Source: Promethearchaeota archaeon
Lineage (GTDB): Archaea; Asgardarchaeota; Lokiarchaeia; Sigyniarchaeales; SOKP01
Length of the DNA: 14,000 bases
Assembly (NCBI GenBank): GCA_048941265.1
Contig: JBHLNT010000108.1
Span: forward strand, 1-14,000
Reading direction: 5' to 3'
The notes beneath the pieces were generated by a model. The model was given only the letters and a program-made list of their open reading frames with translations, ran no database searches and was not told where the DNA came from. Both the position numbers and the translations under genes were made by a program. The stretch's first letter is position 1. Every line of letters begins with the position of its first letter. Shown here in pieces: positions 1 through 7,686 of the stretch.

Positions 1-48
1 ACCAAATTTTTTTTATATTTTTATAACTATAGGCTAAGGAGAGAAAAT

Positions 49-525
49 ATGAGAAATTTAGACGTGAAAGATAAACGAATCCTTGAAATGTTAATTGAAG
101 ATTCAAGAAGGTCGTATAAAGAAATATCAGAACAATTAGCTAATGAAAATTTGCCCATCTCGGAATCCACCGTAAGAAAACGCGTGGTAAAGTTGCAAGA
201 AGATGGTGTTATTGAGAAATTTACGATCAAGATCTGCAGGGAAGATGAAAGATGTATAATGGCCTTTATTACCTTAATTCCGAAATCAGAATCAGAAATT
301 AAAGAATTATTAAGGGAAACTCAAGTATTGCCTCAATGTGATGAGGTTTATTTTCTGGCGGGACAATGTGGCGTTTTAATTAAGGTTAATGTTCCTGAAA
401 TCAATGAATTAGATGCTTTAATCGAATCTTTTCGAGGAAGAAGCGATGTAAAAAGTGTCGAACGAGTTTGCGTGGTTTTGAAACCTATAAAGTCTGCTTC
501 TCAAAATGGCAAAATATTAATGTAG
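49..525 (+). CDS. Lrp/AsnC family transcriptional regulator (158 aa)
   Basis: N-terminal AsnC-type HTH (LDVKDKRILEMLIEDSRRSYKEISEQL...ISESTVRKRVVKLQEDGVIEKFTI) followed by a RAM-domain-like region (EVYFLAGQCGVLIKV...ELDALIESFR). AGGAGAG purine tract at 37-43 precedes the ATG. Confidence 0.93.
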   Translation: MRNLDVKDKRILEMLIEDSRRSYKEISEQLANENLPISESTVRKRVVKLQEDGVIEKFTIKICREDERCIMAFITLIPKSESEIKELLRETQVLPQCDEVYFLAGQCGVLIKVNVPEINELDALIESFRGRSDVKSVERVCVVLKPIKSASQNGKILM

Positions 526-679
526 AATCAATCGAATAATTAAATTATATTTTCATAGAATAGTTTTTAACTTGTAAAGGGCACAATTTTAATTTATTTT
601 TAAATCCAAATTTAATTTAGACTCTTTTTTAAAAAAATTCGTCTTTAATAAGTAAACTCAGTTGGGGATAAAATAATTG

Positions 680-1708
680 TTAACTAACAAATAGAATTTT
701 ATTATTTTTTTCAATTCTTTTTACTTGGTTCTTATTTTCTAAATAGATCAGATGACCCATAACTTCGCTAAGTGCCAGAAAGGAATTCATCTCATCTAAG
801 TCATTCCCAAAATGGAGTAAAGAGATTTTATAGGGCGTCAATGGATTATCTTTAATCACACTTGAAATTTCACTAAGTCTTCTGTCATGATGGCTCTTTA
901 TTTCTTGAATACGTTTATGGGGATCATAAATTATCTCCTGATGGGCTGGGAAGATTATTTTCGGATTTAACTCATCGATCCTATCTAAAGAATGCAAGTA
1001 ATGCTTCAAAATATCTTCAAAATCGTATTTTTCACTAAGTTCTGGATTTACTAGAAAGTTACCTATATGGGGAGTGATCCTGCTTAAAATATGATCTCCA
1101 GAAAATAAATAGCGTTTCTTATTATTAAAAACACATATATGCCCTAAAGCATGTCCAGGCGTCCAGATTACTTTTAATTTATTAGTTTTAAAAGAAATTT
1201 CATCCCCATCATGTAAAAGTTTATCAGGCTCAATATACTTCCTAAGTTTTGGCCACATCGTAAACCAATCTATTAACCTTTTTCCTTTATTTTCGTCCAT
1301 TCCATATTTAATTACTTGCTGAACCATCTCTTTCGCACTTTGCACCAAATCCTTGTAATTCTCTGGATCAGTTTCCCATTTAAGGGTCTCATGAGCGGCC
1401 TCTGACATCATTATTTGAATATTTGGATTGATACGTTTACATTGTTGCATTAAACCAGTATGATCCGTATGTTCATGTGAAATAAAACAGTAGTCGATTT
1501 CTTTCATTGATATCCCTATTTTATCGAGAGCTGAAAAAAACAGTTTGGGCCAATTGCCCATATCTAAACCCGCATCAAACATGACATATGAATCGTCTAT
1601 TTTGAAAATATAGACGCAAACATATTTAACAGCCCAGGGTACGGTTATTTTAATTTGATAAACGTTCTCAATTTCATTAATTTCAGATTTGAAGCTATGA
1701 GAAAACAC
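680..1708 (-). CDS. Metallo-beta-lactamase-fold hydrolase with probable C-terminal winged-helix-like domain (342 aa, GTG start)
   Basis: MBL motifs are all present: FDAG, HEHTDH (HxHxDH), TPGHALGH, FSGDH and FPAH. The C-terminal LTPYKISLLHFG...ALSEVMGHLIYLE segment resembles the winged-helix tail of this hydrolase group. Substrate unknown. Confidence 0.9.
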   Translation of the reverse strand: MFSHSFKSEINEIENVYQIKITVPWAVKYVCVYIFKIDDSYVMFDAGLDMGNWPKLFFSALDKIGISMKEIDYCFISHEHTDHTGLMQQCKRINPNIQIMMSEAAHETLKWETDPENYKDLVQSAKEMVQQVIKYGMDENKGKRLIDWFTMWPKLRKYIEPDKLLHDGDEISFKTNKLKVIWTPGHALGHICVFNNKKRYLFSGDHILSRITPHIGNFLVNPELSEKYDFEDILKHYLHSLDRIDELNPKIIFPAHQEIIYDPHKRIQEIKSHHDRRLSEISSVIKDNPLTPYKISLLHFGNDLDEMNSFLALSEVMGHLIYLENKNQVKRIEKNNKILFVS

Positions 1709-1820
1709 AATTCAAGTCATTATAAAATAAATCTTTTTAAGTTGTATTAAATAAATTAAGAAGTAATTTTTACTTTTTTATTTTAAATTAAAGGAATTGA
1801 AGTTCTTATTTTCAAAAATG

Positions 1821-2120
1821 TTATTTTGCTTTCTTATTTTCTTCTTTTTTTTTGTCGCTTTCAAAAAATAAGCACTTTTTCATATCAAATTCTAAATCTC
1901 TTAGTTTTCGTTTAATTTCAGCAGGATTAAAATCATGCTTTAATAAATCCATAATCGTTTCCTTTAAACGCTCCAAATTATCCACTCCACATTGATAAAA
2001 AATATCATTTTCATCAAAATTTAGTGTTAATATCTCAAATAGACCATCCAAAGCACTTTTTATTTTTTCGTAGTAATCCCATGCCTTGTCTAACTCTGAA
2101 GCTTTGTTGGAATGCGACAT
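1821..2120 (-). CDS. Uncharacterised small alpha-helical protein, tandem paralog A (99 aa)
   Basis: Identical to the 2262-2576 product at 70 of 81 core residues by manual alignment. Many silent third-position DNA differences indicate a real coding gene. Confidence 0.9.
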   Translation of the reverse strand: MSHSNKASELDKAWDYYEKIKSALDGLFEILTLNFDENDIFYQCGVDNLERLKETIMDLLKHDFNPAEIKRKLRDLEFDMKKCLFFESDKKKEENKKAK

Positions 2121-2154
2121 AATTTAAAGAATTCTCTACGTTAAGTTAAATAAT

Positions 2155-2172
2155 AAAATTAGGTAAAAAAAC
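2155..2172 (-). promoter_or_regulatory. Conserved upstream element of paralog A
   Basis: AAAATTAGGTAAAAAAAC (+ strand) matches AAAATTATGTAAAAAAAC at 2616-2633 at 17/18 positions. Both lie at a similar distance upstream of their paralog's start codon. Confidence 0.55.
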
Positions 2173-2261
2173 TTTCTTACCGAAAATTATCTTCGATCCA
2201 AAAAATAAAACTTTACAGAATAAGCAAAAATATTATAATCTTGATTTGACTTAAAAAAATC

Positions 2262-2576
2262 TTAATGTTTAATTCCTTTTTTTGCTTTTTGTTTCTCTTC
2301 TCTTTTATCAGATTCGAAAAATAGACATTTTTTCATATCAAACTCTAAATCTCTTAATTTTCGTTTTATTTCAGCCGAGTTATAATCATTTTTTAATAAA
2401 TCCATTATTGTTTCTTTTATTCGTTCTAAGTTATCTAATCCACATTGATAAAAAATATCGTCTTCGTCGAAATTTAAAGTTAAGATTTCAAACAGACCAT
2501 CTAATGCAGTTCTGATTCGCTCGTAATATTCCCAACCCTTATCTAATTTAGATTGCTCATCCTTTAAATTAGACAT
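2262..2576 (-). CDS. Uncharacterised small alpha-helical protein, tandem paralog B (104 aa)
   Basis: Paralog of 1821-2120. AGAGGGT SD-like motif upstream on the minus strand, and a T7 run just after the stop codon. Confidence 0.9.
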   Translation of the reverse strand: MSNLKDEQSKLDKGWEYYERIRTALDGLFEILTLNFDEDDIFYQCGLDNLERIKETIMDLLKNDYNSAEIKRKLRDLEFDMKKCLFFESDKREEKQKAKKGIKH

Positions 2577-2615
2577 TTCTTTATTACCCTCTTATACAAT
2601 AAAATATAGAATTAA

Positions 2616-2633
2616 AAAATTATGTAAAAAAAC
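2616..2633 (-). promoter_or_regulatory. Conserved upstream element of paralog B (may also act as T-tract terminator of the 2641-2979 gene)
   Basis: 17/18 match to 2155-2172. Reads GTTTTTTTACATAATTTT on the minus strand and starts 8 nt after the stop codon of the upstream gene. Confidence 0.55.
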
Positions 2634-2640
2634 CTTTTTC

Positions 2641-2979
2641 TTAAAAAACAGATTTTATTTGCTCTCCTAATTTTTTAGCGTCCTGACCAGAAGTTGCCAA
2701 AATTTTAAACATTTCCGCAGGATTGACTATTAAGCATGCATCGAGTAGTTTTTCTAAACCAATTCTGGTATTCAATCTCTCATTTTTCGCTAAATGAAAA
2801 ATTACTCTTCCTAATTCATTTTTTAAAGCGCCTTTCTCAGAATTTAAACATACTCTATACAAAGCAGGGCAAACTTCGTCAATCATATCTTGACTGGCTT
2901 TACTAGCATAAGTATATACTTTTTGTCTTTGTTCTTCATTTACTCCCTGTTCTTTTACTTTTTGTAATATTATTTCCAT
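2641..2979 (-). CDS. Uncharacterised helical protein (112 aa)
   Basis: Clean ORF with protein-like amphipathic composition, a GGATGTGA SD-like motif (2989-2996) and a BRE-TATA-like promoter upstream (3063-3079). Confidence 0.85.
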   Translation of the reverse strand: MEIILQKVKEQGVNEEQRQKVYTYASKASQDMIDEVCPALYRVCLNSEKGALKNELGRVIFHLAKNERLNTRIGLEKLLDACLIVNPAEMFKILATSGQDAKKLGEQIKSVF

Positions 2980-2988
2980 TTTTTTTCA

Positions 2989-2996
2989 TCACATCC
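2989..2996 (-). promoter_or_regulatory. Shine-Dalgarno-like motif GGATGTGA
   Basis: One mismatch to archaeal GGAGGTGA, with a 9-nt spacer to the ATG at 2979. Confidence 0.55.
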
Positions 2997-3062
2997 ATTA
3001 TTTTTGATTTTTTTTAGTAATTTTTTATTTTTTTAGTATTAATTTAAGAAAGAATTTTCGAG

Positions 3063-3079
3063 TATATAAATGTTTTGGG
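3063..3079 (-). promoter_or_regulatory. Archaeal-type BRE + TATA box for the 112-aa gene
   Basis: Minus strand reads CCCAAAACA-TTTATATA, an A-rich BRE-like stretch directly before a consensus TATA box. Confidence 0.55.
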
Positions 3080-3569
3080 AAAAGAAACTTACCATTTATT
3101 ACTAATATGGGAAATTATGTTAAATTCTTAAAATTTTCAGTTTTCATAATGACGAAAAAAAGAATTAATTATTCTATTAATTACTATTATGAAAAATAAT
3201 GAATTTGATAGAATTTTTATTGTCATCAAATACTCGAAAAAATTTATTTACTTGACTTTTTCATTACTTATTCAAAAAATGAGTAAGAAATCCGTCATGA
3301 AAAAATCAAAATTGTGCTTCAAAAAAAATTACGAAATCCAAAAAAATCAAGATTTTTTTGATCGAATCTCATATTTCATAGCAAGATAAATCCAAAAACT
3401 GATCAGAATGTAGTTTATAATTAATTATAAGCCAATTCACTGCATAAAATCAGCGAAATTTTAGAAATATTATCATAAGTAGACAAAAATATTACTGAAA
3501 CTTTTAAAAAAGGAATTATCTTAAATTATTATAATAGAAATTCAATTTATACAAAAATGTGATTTAAGA

Positions 3570-4670
3570 ATGTTAGAAGAAACTTTAGATGTATATCGAG
3601 AATTACAGCAACATCTTGATAAATTTCCAGTGGGTTTTCCAGCTACAGAATCAGGTGCAGAAATTCGCATATTAAAACATCTCTTTACACCTGAAGAGGC
3701 AAAAATCGCAACAAGACTAAGTGATAAATTTGAATCTTTAGATGATATTTATGAAAGGGTAAAAGATTTAGTTGGATCCACTAAAGAATTAAAAATTGTG
3801 CTGGATAAAATGATTAGCAAAGGTTCAATTCATTGCAAAAAGGTTGATGGAGAAAGACATTATGCTAATGCCTATATAGTAGTGGGAATGTATGAATATC
3901 AATTACATAAACTTTCAAAAGAATTTTTAGAAGATATGAGACAATATGCTGAAGAAACTTTAGGATTAGAGTTATTTGGATATGATATAACTCAATTTAG
4001 AACTATACCAGTAGAAGCAAGTGTTACACCTGAACATAAATTACCAACTTATGATGAATTGGTAAAAGTAATTGAAAATATATCAGGTCCCATTGTTTTA
4101 GCTGATTGCCTTTGTCGTCAAGCCCATGAAATAGTCGAAGGTCCCTGTGAAGTAACCTCTCGAAAAGAAACTTGTATGGGATTTGGAGACTTTGCGCAGA
4201 TGTATATAGATGAAGGGTGGGGTCGAGGTATTAGTAAAGAAGAAGCCCTTGAAGTATTGAGAAAAAATGAGGAAGAAGGATTGGTTCTGCAAGGGGAAAA
4301 TGCGAAAAGACCAGGATTTATTTGTAGCTGCTGCGGGTGTTGTTGTGGAGTTTTAAGTACATTAAAGGAATTTCCTAATGTCGCACAATTTTTACATCCC
4401 AGATATCATGCTGAAATTGACCCCGAGTTATGTGTCGGGTGCGGAACTTGTATAGAACGATGTCAATTAGACGCAATAAAAACTCGGAAGGAAATATCTA
4501 AGGTAAATATTAAACGATGCATAGGCTGCGGAAATTGTGTTGCAGTTTGTCCTGAAGAAGCTATAACTTTATTTAAAAACGAAAAAGTACCTGAATTACC
4601 TGAAGATGAAGATGATATGTTTCAAAAGATCTCCGAAGCAAAGATGAAAATGAAAGCAATGCAAAAATAA
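3570..4670 (+). CDS. Cys-rich iron-sulfur protein with C-terminal 2x[4Fe-4S] ferredoxin domain, paralog A (366 aa)
   Basis: Ferredoxin motifs CVGCGTCIERC and CIGCGNCVAVCP. Additional CLCR-x9-C-x8-C and CSCCGCCC Cys clusters. N-terminal PVGFP...FTPEEAKIAT signature shared with the next gene. Confidence 0.9.
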   Translation: MLEETLDVYRELQQHLDKFPVGFPATESGAEIRILKHLFTPEEAKIATRLSDKFESLDDIYERVKDLVGSTKELKIVLDKMISKGSIHCKKVDGERHYANAYIVVGMYEYQLHKLSKEFLEDMRQYAEETLGLELFGYDITQFRTIPVEASVTPEHKLPTYDELVKVIENISGPIVLADCLCRQAHEIVEGPCEVTSRKETCMGFGDFAQMYIDEGWGRGISKEEALEVLRKNEEEGLVLQGENAKRPGFICSCCGCCCGVLSTLKEFPNVAQFLHPRYHAEIDPELCVGCGTCIERCQLDAIKTRKEISKVNIKRCIGCGNCVAVCPEEAITLFKNEKVPELPEDEDDMFQKISEAKMKMKAMQK

Positions 4671-4684
4671 TTTTAAATTTTCTA

Positions 4685-4697
4685 TTTCTTTTTTTTT
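4685..4697 (+). terminator. Oligo-T terminator
   Basis: TTTCTTTTTTTTT run about 15-27 nt after the stop codon, typical of archaeal termination. Confidence 0.5.
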
Positions 4698-4798
4698 AAT
4701 CATCATATAGCTATTATTTGTGTTTTCTTTTAGCTTTAGTTTTAAAATTAACTTTTTTAGATATTAATTATTTACAAATTTAACTCTTAATTAATTAA

Positions 4799-5941
4799 AT
4801 GCATAAAGATATGACCTTAGACGAGTTAAATAATATTTCTGATGATGATTCGGCATATAGAGCTCTACAGCAACATCTTAATGAGATGCCTGTGGGATTT
4901 CCTCGAACAAAATCAGGAGTAGAACTTCGTTTATTAAAAAATTTCTTTACTCCTGAAGAAGCTAAAATCGCAACGAAACTTAAATTCGCATGGTCTAAAG
5001 ATTTTGAATCAATAGATGTAATTTATGAGCGGGTAAAAGGATCGGGAATGTCACTTGAAGAGTTAGAGCAAATCTTAGATGCTATGTTCAAAAAAGGAAC
5101 TATTATGTTTCAAGAGGAAAGTGGTACAAAATATTATGCAAATGCAATGTTTGCCATCGGTATTTATGAATTACAGCTGAATAATATTAATAAAAAGTGG
5201 CTTCGAGAATTTTCCCAATTTATGAAAGAAGGGTATAGTATGGAATTTTTTGGCACAAAGATCTCCCAATTTCGTACTATTCCCGTGGAAAAGAGCCTAA
5301 TACCAGAACATCACGCTCCCAGTTATGAGGAAGTAAGAAATATTATTGAAAGTATTGAGGGTCCACTGGCGACCGCGACCTGTATGTGCCGAAAAGTCAC
5401 AGAACTCTTTAATCATCCATGTAAACAAACAAATTTGCGAGAAACATGCTTAATCTTTAATGAATTTGCGCAGCATTACATCGATCAAGGATTAGGACGG
5501 CAGATAACTAAAGAGGAAGCACTTGAAACCTTAGAAAAAGTAAAGAGGGACGGTTTGGTTCTAAATGCAGGAAATTCTAAAAATCCGAGCTTTATTTGTT
5601 GTTGCTGCCAAGATTGTTGTATGTTTTTAGTCGGGATGAATTTACTTTCCCGTCCTACCAAATTTCATGCTACTAACTACTATGCTGAAGTAGATCCCGA
5701 TGCTTGCACAGGTTGCGGGATTTGCATCGATCGTTGTCAACTGAACGCTATAAAAATTGTTGATGATGTTTCTAAAGTAATCCAAAAGCGATGTGTGGGA
5801 TGTGGAAATTGTGTAATTACTTGTCCAGTGGAAGCTATACAACTTCGGAAGAAAGAGAAGATAACAATACCGCCAGAAACCGAAGAAGAATTGTATTCCA
5901 AGATTTTAGAAACAAAAAAACAATTGAAAGGTAAAAATTAA
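4799..5941 (+). CDS. Cys-rich iron-sulfur protein with C-terminal 2x[4Fe-4S] ferredoxin domain, paralog B (380 aa; alternative start 4811)
   Basis: CTGCGICIDRC and CVGCGNCVITCP, plus CMCR-x9-C-x8-C and CCCCQDCC. Collinear with 3570-4670 along its full length. Confidence 0.9.
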   Translation: MHKDMTLDELNNISDDDSAYRALQQHLNEMPVGFPRTKSGVELRLLKNFFTPEEAKIATKLKFAWSKDFESIDVIYERVKGSGMSLEELEQILDAMFKKGTIMFQEESGTKYYANAMFAIGIYELQLNNINKKWLREFSQFMKEGYSMEFFGTKISQFRTIPVEKSLIPEHHAPSYEEVRNIIESIEGPLATATCMCRKVTELFNHPCKQTNLRETCLIFNEFAQHYIDQGLGRQITKEEALETLEKVKRDGLVLNAGNSKNPSFICCCCQDCCMFLVGMNLLSRPTKFHATNYYAEVDPDACTGCGICIDRCQLNAIKIVDDVSKVIQKRCVGCGNCVITCPVEAIQLRKKEKITIPPETEEELYSKILETKKQLKGKN

Positions 5942-6133
5942 AGAAAATAAATTTCAATTTCTATATTTACTAATATTTACAACTAATTCCATAATATCCT
6001 AAAGATTTTATTTTTCCTTCCCGTTTTAAATTCATTTAACAATTTCGTTAATTGAATAATATCCATTAATATTATAAATAACGAGTTCTATTATTCTTAC
6101 ATTAAAATTTACAAAAAAATTTCCAATTTAAAG

Positions 6134-7636
6134 ATGATTTACAAAATGGAAAACCAATTACAAATTGAATTAACAAAAATTCAAAAAAAAGAGAGACTTC
6201 AAAAAAGGATTACAAAATATATTAGCGGCCCTGGCAAATGGCTTCTTTTAATACTTCCGTGGTTTTTAGTGATAATAACCATCCTTGCTCTGTTAGCGGT
6301 TGTTAGATTAGTCGATATTAATGTTTCATTATTGTTCTACATAGTATTGGGTCTATATTTTATCAATTCAGTTATGCTTTTCTTAGGATCTTTATTTACG
6401 CAAAAATCCTTAAAAATGCGACTTAACTTTGAAAGAAAAAGAGGGCGCCCTATTGATAGTTTAGATGGGTTTGATCTCCTTTATAATAATATTAAAAGAG
6501 TCATTAATCTATTGAGAATAATTGCCATATTATGCCTTATAGCTTTAGCACTGTTTTTGGCTATGCTTTTAGTAGGACTTCTTGAAATAGGGTATGCTGC
6601 TATTGGATTTGCATTATTTGGTTTCGGATTGGCACTTTTAGTACGCTCACTAAACTTGAACATACATGATGTTAATGGCCTTAGTGATTTCTATAAGCCC
6701 ACTACTCATCAAATATTTTTGGACAATTTTTTCTCCGAAATACTCTCTAATCACCTTGATCCTGTAACATACCTTAAGTGGGACGATTATCTCGCAGGGA
6801 TTAATGAAATCTTAATATCATCATTCGTCCAGAAAGTAAAACAACAAGAAGCAGAAGAATTACCCATAACTTTCGCTATGGAAAGAATCTTATTTTTATA
6901 TTATTTGAATTTCCAAGAGGTTTTAACAAGAGAGCAATTTGTTAATGAATTAAGAGAAGTAATAAATGTCGATTCTGAATCTTTTGATATCGAAAAAGGA
7001 TTACAAATAGGTGGTGCATGGTATTTCTCATTGAAAGATATGTCAAAATTATTTAATTATGTTAAGATTTACAATCCGGGATTTTTTAACATCATTGACC
7101 GATTACAGTTAGAATTAACCGATAACATTGTTCGATTATCTAATGACCCCATATATATGGATTCGAGCGCCCAGGAAGTAGTTTTTAAAGGGAGTGAACT
7201 CAATATTATGATTTTTCTGTATAATAATGCAGCAGAAAGCAAAAAATATCGGCTTAAAATAATTGCGCCAGGATTCGATCCTCGAGAAATACTTCTTGAT
7301 GTTGAAGTAGAGGGGAGGGGAACCTTTATAATACCTATTGAGCCAATCCCACTTATTGCAAAAGATAAAACTGATATCGTCAGTGTACTGTCAGGAATGT
7401 TAGAAAATGGTGATACTACATGGCTCACATTAGAACCGAGAGAATTAGGAGAACAAACTATTCAAATCTTTTTAGAAACCGAAGAAGGCATTATTATCGA
7501 AGGGAAAACAAGGTCAGTAAAAGTCTCTAAAGATTTAATGACCCAAATCAAAAAATTGACATCAATGGGTTCAATTCTGGGAGGTTTAGCAGCACCTCTT
7601 TCAAGAGCTCTCGCAGGTGGAGGCTTACCAATATAA
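6134..7636 (+). CDS. Uncharacterised membrane protein (500 aa; about 4 N-terminal TM helices, large soluble C-terminal region; alternative start 6146)
   Basis: Hydrophobic segments at about aa 36-57, 64-88, 129-150 and 152-170. A helical-looking middle is followed by a beta-strand-like alternating pattern from about aa 345-465 and a Gly-rich hydrophobic tail. Confidence 0.85.
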   Translation: MIYKMENQLQIELTKIQKKERLQKRITKYISGPGKWLLLILPWFLVIITILALLAVVRLVDINVSLLFYIVLGLYFINSVMLFLGSLFTQKSLKMRLNFERKRGRPIDSLDGFDLLYNNIKRVINLLRIIAILCLIALALFLAMLLVGLLEIGYAAIGFALFGFGLALLVRSLNLNIHDVNGLSDFYKPTTHQIFLDNFFSEILSNHLDPVTYLKWDDYLAGINEILISSFVQKVKQQEAEELPITFAMERILFLYYLNFQEVLTREQFVNELREVINVDSESFDIEKGLQIGGAWYFSLKDMSKLFNYVKIYNPGFFNIIDRLQLELTDNIVRLSNDPIYMDSSAQEVVFKGSELNIMIFLYNNAAESKKYRLKIIAPGFDPREILLDVEVEGRGTFIIPIEPIPLIAKDKTDIVSVLSGMLENGDTTWLTLEPRELGEQTIQIFLETEEGIIIEGKTRSVKVSKDLMTQIKKLTSMGSILGGLAAPLSRALAGGGLPI

Positions 7637-7639
7637 TAT

Positions 7640-7686
7640 CTTTTCATATTTTTTTTTCCATTTTATTATTACTTTTCTTTTATTTT
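7640..7686 (+). terminator. T-rich terminator region
   Basis: Several T runs, including T9 at 7649-7657, directly after the stop codon. Confidence 0.5.

Noticed and set aside
27-230. 67-aa minus-strand ORF
   Set aside because: Antisense shadow of the Lrp gene.
1706-1720. In-frame ATG-ACT-TGA-ATT just upstream of the MBL hydrolase GTG start, a possible selenocysteine or readthrough codon
   Set aside because: The TGA would be residue 3, outside any catalytic motif, and no SECIS-like hairpin is evident. TGA occurs similarly a few nt before other starts here (3570, 10749), probably as part of an SD-like motif.
2282-2515. 77-aa plus-strand hydrophobic ORF
   Set aside because: Antisense to paralog B; its hydrophobicity reflects T-rich antisense codons.
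1821-2576. Histone-fold identity for the small paralogs
   Set aside because: The core is acidic with three helices of similar length and lacks the archaeal histone signatures (such as RKTV/I and the short-long-short helix pattern).
3189-3389. 66-aa plus-strand ORF in the large intergenic region
   Set aside because: Its K/F/I/N-rich composition is what AT-rich non-coding DNA translates to, it overlaps palindromes and A-tracts, and it has no SD or recognisable motif.
4098-5842. Minus-strand ORFs 4098-4292 and 5642-5842
   Set aside because: Short antisense shadows inside the well-supported Fe-S genes.
6481-7647. Minus-strand ORFs 6481-6663, 7069-7428 and 7462-7647
   Set aside because: Antisense shadows of the 500-aa membrane protein gene with no independent signals.
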